DNA of 63,053 bases, the filler included, from Octopus bimaculoides (taxonomy: Eukaryota): assembly GCF_001194135.2 (NCBI RefSeq). It is 5 parts of 5 records of this genome, joined end to end, with 100 filler letters (N's around TTAATTAATTAA, not from the genome) between each part and the next. Parts side by side here need not be neighbours in the genome. Positions count along the whole stretch, not along the records: positions 36,371 to 42,963 come from NC_069005.1; positions 43,064 to 50,971 come from NC_068994.1; 3 more parts are not named here. One strand, 5' to 3'. Shown here in pieces: positions 36,925 to 48,921 of this stretch (the stretch's first letter is position 1; each line of letters starts with the position of its first letter). A model generated the notes under the pieces. That model worked only from the letters and a program-made list of their open reading frames with translations, ran no database searches and was not told the DNA's origin. The translations under genes were made by a program, and so were the position numbers.

Positions 36925-37204
36925 AAGCCAGCCACAACACGTTTGTGGTCAGAGTGAATAAAAAATCCGCAAATCACTATAATGTCTCGAAATCGTTGCT
37001 GTTTCAACACGGTTATATTTAAAAACCGCTTCAAATGTTATTTCGAGAATTATATATTGAGAGTTTTCAAAGCTATTTCAGGAAGTATATATATACACTC
37101 CGGAGAAGACATATACATACGGCAGCTGATATATAAAGAGGAGTCTGTTTTGAGGTTGTCGTTGAAATATCAGTCAGTTGCTTAACATGAGGTGACATAT
37201 TTGC

Positions 37205-37290
37205 CTCTACACCACAAAGAAGAACACTTTCTTTATTTGGCACTTAGGCCATAACACAGAGGGGGACACTACAAGGACAGACAAAGCAAT
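37205..37290 (-). mobile_element. SINE family B tail fragment
   Basis: CTTTCTTTATT..GAGGGGGACACTACAAGGACAGACAAAG is the reverse complement of the long family B tail. Confidence 0.55.
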
Positions 37291-38330
37291 ACAGTACGTG
37301 GGGTACGAATGATGAATGAAATGAATTACTTACAATGAGGTGATGAAATGGCTTACGAGTCCCCCAAAACTCGCAGTTTCATTTAACAGTTCTCTTATAC
37401 AGTTTATGATCATTTTTTTTCTTCAACAATGGTAAGTGGCCACAGCTCCTCTACCGTTACTACCCTTGGCAGGGTGTCGAAGCCCCCGTATAATCCACTT
37501 ATTTGAAACTTGTCCGGGTGTATCTGTTGCAGTCTCCGCATCACATGTTCTTCCACCAATATCGCTTTCTTTTTTTCCTCAAACGTTTCAGTTCCACAAA
37601 GAAGAACATTCGCACGAGATGTTAACCTCCGACAGAAACGAAATTGTAGTGTGGTCAGAGGGGAGCGCTTTCAGACTGGTCATCGATAAACAAGAACGAT
37701 GAAAGAAGCTTTTAAAATTATAGACTTCTGGTGAGATTAAAAAATTTTTTTTTTTTCAATTATTTTGGAATCTTTTACTGCTTCATTAAAAAGTGAAATC
37801 TCAAATGGAATCGCCCGGCAAGACGAAATCATAATTTTCCTGTTGTCACTGAAAACCGGGTTCGATTCCAACTGTAAAAATTGATACTCAAAATTTTATT
37901 GCTCAACACGAAGTCCAAGTTGATGTTTAACTTCAAGTCAGCTCCGTCCTAGAAGAGTTATGATCAAAGACATTCCAGCCGTGACAATTCACTCAATTTG
38001 CTCAAACATCTCACACTACAATATCCAACATGTCCTTCATTTTTTTAAAGGCAATAGTTGTGATTTAAGAGAAGTTTGGTGACCCCGCAGAATGTCTCTT
38101 GTTGGTTCATAAAAGTCAATTTAATGGAGATGGATTACAGATACGTTTGAAGTTTATGGTTCTAGAGTTCGAATTCCACCGAAGTCACAAAAGAATTTTT
38201 CCGGATTTTGTATTCCTCTGACATTCACAGATGAATTTCCTTCCAATTGAATAAATAAACTCGTTGACTAAATTTGAAACAAAGGGTTCAAGCTCGACCC
38301 ACCCAACACCTTACAGAACGGTTTATGTTC

Positions 38331-38531
38331 CCCTTTACCTGACTATGGTCGCCTAACTCCCTTTTTTCTTTTTTCCTTTTTATTTCCGACCACCAGAGTA
38401 ACACGAGACTTTATGCAAGGAAAGCTTTAATATTATTCAAAATACATGAAACAAAGGCTTAACTAAAAGTCTGAAAACAAGCATGAACATTTTAGGACAA
38501 ACTTGTGAAAATGTTTTGGACAGGTAAAGGG
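38331..38531. mobile_element. piggyBac-like MITE candidate (201 bp)
   Basis: Inverted ends CCCTTTACCTGAC / CCCTTTACCTGTC (12/13). TTAA is present on the right flank only. Confidence 0.45.
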
Positions 38532-38599
38532 TTAAGGAATCCGATGCGATGATAAGAACACGTGTTTACCAATTTGAAATTCGAAACCTGGTGAGGCAA

Positions 38600-39285
38600 G
38601 TCAAAGTCTGCCAGCGTCTGCCGATGGAACGCGGATCCACTTAGGATGTTTAAGGGTCTAGTTAGGGCCAGATGTCCAGGTGAATCGAAGCTAGAATGAG
38701 GTTACGAGCAGGGCGGCTAGTGTCACCCAGAAATAAGTTGAGAGGAGTCAGAGAGCTTGGGACGACATAATTTCGAAAGCCATCTTTGACTCCCTCTTCA
38801 TCCAGTCAGACCAGTTTTCAAGGTGCCGCTTACTGTCTGCTAGTGCCAAATACTCAGGAAACTAGATTGATGCCAGCGACTATGGCTAATATTGGTGGCC
38901 TACTCAGCTTGGACGAACTTTGCCCTATACGGAGTTGAACCTGATAATCAAGATGTGATGGGAAAAGACCAGACGGCCACACCTTGTGTCCCTGGTCGCA
39001 AAGCAAATGCCTTGCGACTCTTTTGCCTCTTCTCGCATACTGGATGCTGCGGCCAGGGCGAGATCCACAGCCTCTGCGGCCGAGAGGAACAAAACCGTGA
39101 AATACCCCGATCTGTCGCCCGACTACATTTTCCATCCTGTGGCGTTCGAGACGTTTGGTGGAGTCGAGCTACTAACAGCGAGATTCCCGTCTTCACTGGT
39201 AACTCGTCTAACGGATGTAACTGGTGAGACTCGTGAGGGCGCTTGACTATTCCAGCGCATCAGCCTCGCCATCATTGCGTATTTA
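38600..39285 (+). mobile_element. CRE-clade non-LTR retrotransposon C-terminal remnant (restriction-like endonuclease)
   Basis: DGKRPDGHTLCPWSQSKCL (from 38957), then SAAERNKTVKYPDLSPDYIFHPVAFETFGG..RLTDVTGETREGA*LFQRISLAII, matching the CRE-type RLE signature. Frameshifted. Confidence 0.8.
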
Positions 39286-39699
39286 ACTCGTTTATTTTTG
39301 TATTTCATGTTGTTAACATAGTTGGTGGCGTCCTGTACACATATATGCATACACACACACAGATATATGGGTAGGTAAAATGAAAACCGGTAATTCATTA
39401 AGGGTGACGGAAAATGATTAACAAGAAACAAAAAATGTGAGAAAAGAAAATGCAAGGATAACAAGGGAGGTAACTCTATCTCCTACCACAAGGGAAGTGA
39501 TTGTTGTTAAGTTTTGGGAAGTCTTTTAAACACTCTAAGAATGCTGGAGGATTATAAAGAACCATGAAGTATAGGATTCTATTTGAAACGGTATTTTATT
39601 TCATTCTTTCGATAATGTGAAAGTCCATTGTATGTATATAAGAAATTTACATTCACTCGCCCCTATAAATATGCTTATATGTATGTATTATATATATAT

Positions 39700-40220
39700 C
39701 ATCATTTAATGTCCGTTTTCCATGGGTTGAACGGTTCGACCGGGGTCTGGGAAGCCAGGAGGCTGCACCAGGCTCCAGTCTCATCTGGCAGTGTTTCTAC
39801 AGCTGGGCGCCCTTCCCAACGCCAACCACTCCGTAAGTGTAGTGGGTGCTTTTTACGTGCCAGCGGCACAGGGGCCAGAGGAGGCTGGCAACGGCCACGA
39901 TCGGTTGGTGCTTTTTACATGCCACTGGTATGGGTATCACAACTACAATTTCCATTTGTTTTTTATTTTGATGTTGATGTACTTGACTCAATGGGTCTCC
40001 TCAAACACATTAGGTCGCCCTACAATCCAAGGTACTTTTGAATGGGCTGGGTCTGGTTATGCGAAACTGGTGTTGGATACAGCCGTGAACTCACTTTATT
40101 TGCCGGGTCTTCACAGTCACAGCATATTTCCAGAGGTCTCGGTGTTTCTTCATTGCCTCTGTGAGGCCCAACGTTCGAAGGTCATGCTTCACCACCTCAT
40201 CCCATGTCTTCGTGGGTCAC
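39700..40220 (-). mobile_element. RTE-clade LINE 3' end (family R)
   Basis: (CAT)n tail and 3' UTR; the minus strand encodes KTWDEVVKHDLRTLGLTEAM. Confidence 0.85.
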
Positions 40221-40238
40221 CCTCTATAAATATATATA

Positions 40239-40532
40239 TTGGGTCATCCCATAAATAATGCAGTTTTTTTATACTTTTATTTTTCAAAATTATGATAAAG
40301 TTCCTTTTTAATCTAAAACATACTCGCCTTCATTTTCTACAATGCCCTTCCATTTATCTGGTAGACTAATAACTGTTAAAATCAAACTGCACTCTTCAAA
40401 ACTTGCACTAAGAATAAGTAGAAGGTAAAAGTACTACCTGCTTCTACAGCAAGTTGGTGCAGGTAGTTTATCCTGTCCCCTTCCAGCATTTAGTTCATGC
40501 AATTGAAAAAACCGCATTAATTATGGGATGAC

Positions 40533-40536
<4 letters not shown>
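40239..40536 (-). mobile_element. Mariner internal-deletion derivative (298 bp), same family as 32508
   Basis: Both TIRs (TTGGGTCATCCCATAA) with TA flanks. 40370-40536 is the reverse complement of the 32508-32680 left end; the other end encodes SLPDKWKGIVENEGEYVLD*. Confidence 0.92.
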
Positions 40537-40595
<59 letters not shown>

Positions 40596-40879
40596 GCATA
40601 CAGACATATATATACACATATTTATACACTTACACAGACATAAAGATATATACTTATTTATCTCCCAACTAAAATGACTTCAACCAACGAAGCAGAACAG
40701 ACGTGGTTGCTCAAATTGCTAGATATAGCAACAAAGCTTTAATGAAATCAATGCTAAGATCTTATGAACATGAAAGATACATTAAAAAGGTGTAGTCTTA
40801 GATAGACCGTGTCTGAAAAAGAAATGGGATGGTTATAGACAGGATATCTTTCATCATAAGTCTGGTGGCTTAAGGATCA

Positions 40880-41316
40880 ACCTTGTGCTAAGCAAAAACA
40901 ATTCCAGCCACTCTTACTATTTCCTCCCTCAAAGTCCAATTCTTGACCTCATCGTGGTGGGAAGGTTAAACAAGTGTCAGAGCTATGCTGTAAGGGACTT
41001 TGAGTCCCAGATAGGGCCACCCAAGGCAGATAGACCTGACAACAGCAGTGCTAGGGTTGCAACCTAGCTAACTGGGCAACAATGGTGAATTCCAGGCGGT
41101 GTCTGTTCTGGAATCCAGCAGCTTCCTGGTAGCGTTGGATTGCATCCTGCAATGAGAAAGTTTAACATGGGGAGAACCTGTCACCGGTCATCTGTGGTGG
41201 TTTATGAATACAGATGGGAACTGCTTTCACAGATTCTGGTCCCCTTTGAAATTTCTATGAACTCACAATGTGGTGAACTCAATAGGAGCTGGCTTAACCC
41301 CTCCTGGATGAGAGCC
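40880..41316 (-). mobile_element. RTE-like element 5' UTR remnant (putative)
   Basis: The minus strand has CTGCCTTGGGTGGCCCT..GCATAGCTCT..CACCACGATGAGGT, resembling RTE 5' regions, and begins GGCTCTC. Assigned from recall of RTE UTRs. Confidence 0.4.
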
Positions 41317-41335
41317 ATTACAAGACAAGATGTAA

Positions 41336-41548
41336 GGTGGTGAGCTGGCAGAAGCGTTAGCACGCTGGGCGAAATGCTTAGCGGTATTTCATCTGTCTTT
41401 ACGTTCTGAGTTCAAATTTCACCGAGGTCGACTTTGCCTTTCATCCTTTCGGGCTCGATAAATTAAGCACCAGTTGCGTACTGGAATCGATCTAATTGAC
41501 TGGCCCCCTCCCGCAAAATTTCGGGCCTTGTGCCTAGAGTGGAAAAGA
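41336..41548 (+). mobile_element. SINE family B with 19-bp TSD
   Basis: ATTACAAGACAAGATGTAA at 41317-41335 and 41549-41567. Confidence 0.95.
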
Positions 41549-41724
41549 ATTACAAGACAAGATGTAAAACAAGACTCCCACTGTTTATAGATTCTCTGAC
41601 CCCTTTATCTTTTACTGTTTGAAGTTCTTCAAAATAGAAAAGGGGAGACTTGAAGTGTGAATAATTTATGGGGCAGAAACAAATAAAAAGGAAAACATCA
41701 AGGGTGTGGGGGAAACGAAATAAT

Positions 41725-41900
41725 AATAATCCTTTCAACTCTAGGCACAAGACCTGAAATTTGTTTGGGAGGGGGACTAGTCGATTAGATTGGCCCCAGT
41801 ACTTGACTGGTACTTATAATTTATTGACCTCGAAAAGATGAAAGGTAAAGTTGACCTTGACAGAATTTAAAATCAGGACATAGCAACGAGCAAAATACAT
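41725..41900 (-). mobile_element. Older SINE family B copy, inverted
   Basis: The reverse complement aligns with the 3' 150 bp of 41336-41548. Confidence 0.8.
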
Positions 41901-42036
41901 ATGTGTGTGTGTATATATACATATGTATGTGTGTGTGTATATATATACATACCCACACGTGTGTGTGTTAAATAAAATGAGACAACATTTTATTTGACTG
42001 TGTGGAATTTTCAGGACATTTATAATGAGAAAGTTA

Positions 42037-42084
42037 GTCTTAAAGCTGTTTCTGGGATATTAGGAATATCCCTTCATCAGAGAC
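42037..42084 (-). ncRNA. Minimal type I hammerhead ribozyme (near-canonical) in a PLE-like tail
   Basis: Minus strand: GUCU-CUGAUGA-A-GGGAUAUU(CCU)AAUAUCCC-A-GAAAC-AGCU-UUA-AGAC. It has a 4-bp stem I, an 8-bp stem II and a palindromic loop III. Confidence 0.75.
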
Positions 42085-42466
42085 AATTTGAGAAAGTTAA
42101 CTAGAGGGAAATATTAGAGTTCAATATGAGGGGTTATTTTGGAAAAGGAAGCAAATAAGGAGTATGGAGGGGAAATAGGAGAATTAATGTAGAAGAAATA
42201 AGAATAAAAATGTATAAAGATGTTATTGTTGCAGTTCCATTATCGAAGGAAAGTGGTGAGTAGAAGTGGTAGAAATGGTTCCTGTCCTGAAAATTCCACA
42301 CAGCCTTGGCTTTGTTGTCTCAGTTTATTTAACATAGACATGCTAACATAAGACCAGCATTAGACTCCTCACTCATACCATTATTCAACCGAGAGCTTAA
42401 CTAGTCCTTCCCTTCCATAGCACTTACCTGCAACCTTGGGTCTTCTGGATACCAATACCTCTCATA

Positions 42467-42500
<34 letters not shown>

Positions 42501-42963
42501 CGCACACATACATACATACACAACATTCATACACACACACAGTTAACTAATAATATTTTGTAACGATGTTACATCCATAAACTCATTAACAGCTTTAACG
42601 AAACGACTGAGATTAGTTCATTAAAAAGTTAGTTACCATTCAATTTTCAATCATCAAACAATATACTTAAAAATTTCTTAATCAAAAAAGTTATGACTGC
42701 AGAAACAGCATTAAAAATAAAAGCATAAATCGCAAAAACATCTCTGAAAAAAATAAATTAACTGAATTAATTAAAACACACATGTTAAACGAGAGATTGT
42801 TAAAGATGGCATCAGGATAAAATTTTAAAAGTATTTTATTACTCAAAAATGTTAGCAATGTTTTTTTTTTTTGGTTTGTTTTTCCATTTTATTTTCTTCT
42901 TCAAATTAAATGTTTTTAAATTTTTTTCTTCTTGTTTTATAATTTTTGTCTTTTTTTTCCTAT

Positions 42964-43063
42964 NNNNNNNNNNNNNNNNNNNNNNNNNNNNNNNNNNNNN
43001 NNNNNNNTTAATTAATTAANNNNNNNNNNNNNNNNNNNNNNNNNNNNNNNNNNNNNNNNNNNN
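42964..43063. other. Artificial scaffold-join linker
   Basis: N44-TTAATTAATTAA-N44. Confidence 0.95.
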
Positions 43064-43359
43064 CACCACCACACCACACCACATCACACACCACCACACC
43101 ACACCACACACCATCATACCACACACCATCATACCACACACCACAATACTACACCACACCACACCACATCACACCACCCCGCATTCGCTAGCATTGACCA
43201 CTTCCCAGCACCCACACCAGCGCACACACTAGCACTGGCCACTTCCCAGCAACTACACCATCAGCCACACACTTACACATGCACACACGCACACGTCAAG
43301 GTCACCAGCCCCCTTACACACGCACATACACGCTCTTACACACACGCACGCACACCTTC

Positions 43360-43590
43360 GTTTTGGGATCACCACAACTTTATTGTAGCTCTTCTGTGTG
43401 ACCCCTCTGTCCGGCATTCACCATGATAGATCGCTAGCCATTAAACCTTTTCTATTTCTCTCACTGTTTATTTCTGTGTTCCTTTCTGTCGAAACGTAAA
43501 AGACTTTCTCACTTCCCGAGCGTTAAACATCTGTTTGTTGTTTACACACCCGTCTTCGTCTTTTGTTTTTTTTGTAAATTCTCACTATAT
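43360..43590 (+). mobile_element. PLE-like tail fragment related to 60-362
   Basis: Shared GAAACGT.AAAGACTTTC..TTCCCGAGCGT..TTGTTGTTTACAC..CTTCGTCT. Confidence 0.5.
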
Positions 43591-43610
43591 ATATGTATGT
43601 ATTTGTGTAT

Positions 43611-43799
43611 TTGTGTCTGTGTTTGTCCCTCCCCCATCGCTTAACAACCGATCTTGATGTGTAACTTAGCGGTTTGGCAAAAGATTCCGATAGAATAAGT
43701 AGCAGATTTACAAGAATAAGTCCAGGGGTCTATTTCTTCAACTAAAATGCAGTGCTCCAGCATGGCCACAGTCAAAATGACTGAAACAATTAAAAAGAA
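43611..43799 (+). mobile_element. SINE family A 3' half
   Basis: TGTGTCTGTGTTTGTCCC..GCTCCAGCATGGCCACAGTCAAAATGACTGAAAC. Confidence 0.85.
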
Positions 43800-43858
43800 G
43801 CATCTCTCTCTCTCTCTCGCTTTCTCTCTCTCGCTTTTTCTCTCTCTCTCGCTTCCTC

Positions 43859-43913
<55 letters not shown>

Positions 43914-43959
43914 ACCTACCTACCTACCTACCTACCTACCTATCTACCTACCTACCTAC

Positions 43960-44025
<66 letters not shown>
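43800..44025. repeat. (CT)n-(CTAC)n-(CTAT)n microsatellite
   Basis: Direct reading. Confidence 0.95.
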
Positions 44026-44026
<1 letters not shown>

Positions 44027-46416
44027 AACCGAGTTATTTCTCTATAACTAAAGGCTTTCTGTGGTTGACGTCAATTGACCATACTCCTCGGGGAGCTTGA
44101 CAAAATGGAAATGGAACAATAGTGATGGTATTTAAAGCCGTCCGGTACCTTTAATTCGTCTTTTAGTTGACCTGGTGATTAATCATTTGGCTAAAAGTAT
44201 TATTGATGATGTTTCATCAAAGTGGTTCTTCTTTAGAGTTAATCCCCTTGTTTTTGGTTTGGCGTGGTTGAACATACAATTGATCACGTAGCTGGCAGTG
44301 TGGATCCTGACGTCCCTTATTTTCGTTAGGTGACCTGATGTGGGCAATGTTTAAAGTTAACAGGAAAAGTACATGAAGCAAGTTGAGACAAGTTCGGATT
44401 TTATGCTTAGGGCTAGAGTAAGGTGATAATATGGAGTTTCTCAGTGAGGTATAAATGACAGATATTGGATACGTTTGTGCATGATGGCACATTTGTCTAT
44501 GCTTAACCATGTGATGTTTGTGTGCATATTCATTCGTCTTTGATTTAGATAGTACTGTACCTTTTCTCTGCTAGCGGAAGCGGAACGAATTAGTGTTGTT
44601 TCAGATGGCTTTTGAATTTATTTTCTGTAGACGTATGTAACAAGTTGAAACGGAACATACACAAGTATGCAATAGTATGCTTTTTGCCAGGTATTTGTCT
44701 TTCGTAGGTCAGGTCGTTATGCTGAGACAGTTGCTTGTCACTTCTTGTTAGTGTAGGATACATGCGTTGTAGCTGTTTATGATGCGATACATTTGAAACT
44801 CGCTTCTGTACAGCCTCCCCATTCCTACTGCTGATGGAGTTTGGCATCGAATGCAAAGAAAGAAATGTCCAGTAGTGTCCATATACATTTGTATATGAAA
44901 GCAATCAACTTCAGTTGAGTCAATGTCAGCGAAGTAAACACACAGAATAGTATAGTATAGTATAGTTTAATAATATAGTATAGTATAATATAGTATAGTA
45001 TAGTATAGTATATANNNNNNNNNNNNNNNNNNNNNNNNNNNNNNNNNNNNNNNNNNNNNNNNNNNNNNNNNNNNNNNNNNNNNNNNNNNNNNNNNNNNNN
45101 NNNNNNNNNNNNNNNNNNNNNNNNNNNNNNNNNNNNNNNNNNNNNNNNNNNNNNNNNNNNNNNNNNNNNNNNNNNNNNNNNNNNNNNNNNNNNNNNNNNN
45201 NNNNNNNNNNNNNNNNNNNNNNNNNNNNNNNNNNNNNNNNNNNNNNNNNNNNNNNNNNNNNNNNNNNNNNNNNNNNNNNNNNNNNNNNNNNNNNNNNNNN
45301 NNNNNNNNNNNNNNNNNNNNNNNNNNNNNNNNNNNNNNNNNNNNNNNNNNNNNNNNNNNNNNNNNNNNNNNNNNNNNNNNNNNNNNNNNNNNNNNNNNNN
45401 NNNNNNNNNNNNNNNNNNNNNNNNNNNNNNNNNNNNNNNNNNNNNATATATATATATATATATATACACACAAATAATTACAAAATCAATAACTGGTATT
45501 TTGAATGCAATTAATACATATGTCTCAAGTGGTTATGTAATAAACTGTGACGCAGATTCTTGTCTTTTCACTCGTTGCAAGCGAAATAACTTGGTACATT
45601 CAAATTTGACCTGCATAAAGTGACTGGATAAGTAAAGCCACATAAAAACATACAATAAAACCGTATAGAAATATGGAAAGATTAAAATAAAAAAACGGTA
45701 AATAAAAAAGAGATAAGAGAGAATATAGTTGTTGAAATATATAAGAAAGGCAGAGAAGAAACTAAAGATAACATACAGACTTCATTCTCTACTAAATTAG
45801 TACTACAAGAAAATCTCAAACTTATATTTTTTGTTACCGAATATCTGCTTCTTTGTGAAATACATTCATTACATTTCTCTTTTCACATAGCTTCTAAATT
45901 ACGGACCTATAAACTCCAGGATCTACCAGAAAGTTGTATCAACACGACAATTTTACTTATTTGAAAACTGCCGGAAACTCAGTCTTTTTCGTGTATCTCT
46001 ATTAATTGTGCTCCCATATTACCTATGATTCTTTCGCACTAATATCGACTGCATTGTGGCTAACAGCTCAAATTTGCTCCCACTTAAACGAACACTTTCT
46101 GACTGTGTTGATCTTTCCGATACCAATCATGGACTCACACGTCAGGACACTACCTCATGAATTCGCACTAGAACCATGAATGAAAATATATAAGTAATAA
46201 TTTGAATCTCTTCATATTCTATTTTCATTTTTCTTTTAATTATTTAAATGTTTTTACCGTATTTTATTTTATTTTATTTATATGTATTTGATTATTATTT
46301 CTCTTTATTATTAATAATTATCCCTTAGCAATATACTTAGGATAATTACATTCATTCTAATCTCCCTTTTTACTCCTTTTTTTTCTCTGTTCCCTGTAAG
46401 TGTATTATTCAGTTAC

Positions 46417-46475
<59 letters not shown>

Positions 46476-46722
46476 NNNNNNNNNNNNNNNNNNNNNNNNN
46501 NNNNNNNNNNNNNNNNNNNNNNNNNNNNNNNNNNNNNNNNNNNNNNNNNNNNNNNNNNNNNNNNNNNNNNNNNNNNNNNNNNNNNNNNNNNNNNNNNNNN
46601 NNNNNNNNNNNNNNNNNNNNNNNNNNNNNNNNNNNNNNNNNNNNTATATATATATATATACATGTATATATGCGTATATATAACGACATACATGCATTCA
46701 AGCGTACGTACTCACGAATATT

Positions 46723-46753
<31 letters not shown>

Positions 46754-46766
46754 AATGAGTGAATGA

Positions 46767-46803
<37 letters not shown>

Positions 46804-47223
46804 TGAGAGAGAAAGAGAGAGTGAGATAGAGAAACAAGAGAGAGAGAGAGAGAGAGAAAGAGAGAGGGGTGAGATATTTGGCATAAAGCCAAGTGCTGAC
46901 CTATGAAATGAATGACTAAATAACTACCTTTTATTCATACCGAACTTGTGGTCCTTGGAGGTTAATTATGAAATTGAGCAGAACCCCAGACCATGATAAA
47001 TAGTATTAAAGAACAAACACAACAACATCAACAACAACAGTATCAAGAACAACAAAACGCTCTCGATCATTAAAACAGGGCTGTGTTGGTGGTGGTGGTG
47101 CATCATCTCCTTTCCCCTAATAAAAAATAATATTTACTATAACTTTTATACGATCTCTATATCATTTGTCAGAATCTTGTTATGGCATCAACTCGGCTCA
47201 GGGCTCTACTTCACAAAACGTAT

Positions 47224-47307
47224 CATTGTATCGGAAATGCGAATCCTTTGTCAGAATACCCAGCTCCCGTCTCCTTCCTCATAGATCCCTTCTCATCAAC
47301 ATGACCC
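47224..47307 (-). CDS. Candidate terminal exon (phase 2: GHVDEKGSMRKETGAGYSDKGFAFPIQ*)
   Basis: A very long pyrimidine tract ends in TTTTAG at 47308; the frame is open to TGA. No homology recognised, and it could be non-coding. Confidence 0.25.
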
Positions 47308-47559
47308 CTAAAACACCATGGGAAAGAAAGAAAAATAACAAACCAAAAAAAAGAAACAAAAAAAAAAGAAGAAAAACCCATACTTCGAGATATTTGTTAA
47401 GGAAATAAAGAAAATATGTTTAAAAATATAGACTTGTTGGTGTTTGTGCTATTTGTTGTGGTTTTGATGATGATGGTGATGGTCATGGTGGTTCTGATGA
47501 GGGAGATTACAGGGGCTATAGGGGTGGCCGTGATGGTGGTGGCTGGGTAGATGCTGGTG

Positions 47560-47710
47560 ATGGAAGTCTTACTGGATTTTGTGGTAGTACTGGTAGGAAT
47601 AGCAGGAGTAATAGTAGTAGTAGTAGTAATTGTAGTAGTAGTAGTAGTGGCAATAGTAGTGGTGGTGGTGGTGGTGATGGTGGTGGTGATGGTGGTGAAT
47701 ATGAGTACGG

Positions 47711-47745
<35 letters not shown>

Positions 47746-48142
47746 GTGATGATGATAGTGGTGGTAGTGGTTATGGTGTTTTCTGGGGTGATGGTGGTGG
47801 TGGTGGTGGTGGTGGCGGTAGTGCTAGCTGCGATGGTAATTATGAAAGTGTGATGTTGGTAGTGATAGGGATGCTGCTGATGGTGGTGGTTGTGTTAGTT
47901 GTGCTATTGATGGTGGTGCTGCTCTATGGTGGTTATGATGCTTGTGGGGGGNNNNNNNNNNNNNNNNNNNNNNNNNNNNNNNNNNNNNNNNNNNNNNNNN
48001 NNNNNNNNNNNNNNNNNNNNNNNNNNNNNNNNNNNNNNNNNNNNNNNNNNNNNNNNNNNNNNNNNNNNNNNNNNGGTGGCGGTGGTATTGGTTGTAGTGG
48101 TGGTGGTGGTGCTGCTGCTGATTCTGGTGGTATTAACTGTAT

Positions 48143-48205
<63 letters not shown>

Positions 48206-48220
48206 GTAGTAGTAGTAGTG
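47560..48220. repeat. GGT/GAT/TAG/TAC trinucleotide region
   Basis: Direct reading. Confidence 0.9.
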
Positions 48221-48801
48221 TAGCAGCAATGGTGGTGCTATCCCGACAGTGGATGGGAGCGGGAAGAAGGGGAAAATTAGATAAAAAAAGGTCATAAATA
48301 AAAAAAGAAACGGAAAGTAAATAAAATATTTAGGATATGTCAGCGGAGAGAGTCAAGGTTCAATTTTAGCTGTACGTCTGACTCCCTTGTGGGGTCTAAA
48401 AAGGCAATATAACTCAAATTAATGCTTGACCTTTACGAAACAATACTAAATTATACGTGTTTACATGACCTGCTAGAAGCAACAGCCAAAGCTCTCTCAG
48501 ATCACATCGTGTTGCTTTTCAAAAATATATAAATGGAAGGACATGTTTGATATTATGGACTGCAGTCTTAGATCATTTATGTTTGAGGAGACGGGATAGC
48601 CACGGTTGGAATGCCTTTGACCCTATACCTACTCAATTACTGTTGACCTTGGCCTAAACAGCAGCAGCAGCGACAGCAACAATAACAACTACAACAATAG
48701 CAGTTAGCTGAACTATAACTGACAATTTTCACTAAATGTACATCATACCATTACATTATTTTTTGTTATCCCCCTTCTCTGTGTCACTCTTTTCTCCCCA
48801 G

Positions 48802-48833
48802 AGGATGTAAGCCGAAGAAGGGAAATGTCTGAT
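48802..48833 (+). other. Candidate 32-nt micro-exon
   Basis: CTTTTCTCCCCAG acceptor and GTACGT donor; an internal GTAAGC is an alternative donor. Confidence 0.15.
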
Positions 48834-48849
48834 GTACGTTAAAGTATAT

Positions 48850-48872
48850 CATGCACACACACACACACACAC

Positions 48873-48921
<49 letters not shown>

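Noticed and set aside
37122-37180. CAGCTG + TATATAAAG + TCAGTC/TCAGTT promoter-like arrangement
   Set aside because: TATA-to-initiator spacing is ~40 bp rather than ~30, and no downstream gene is supported.
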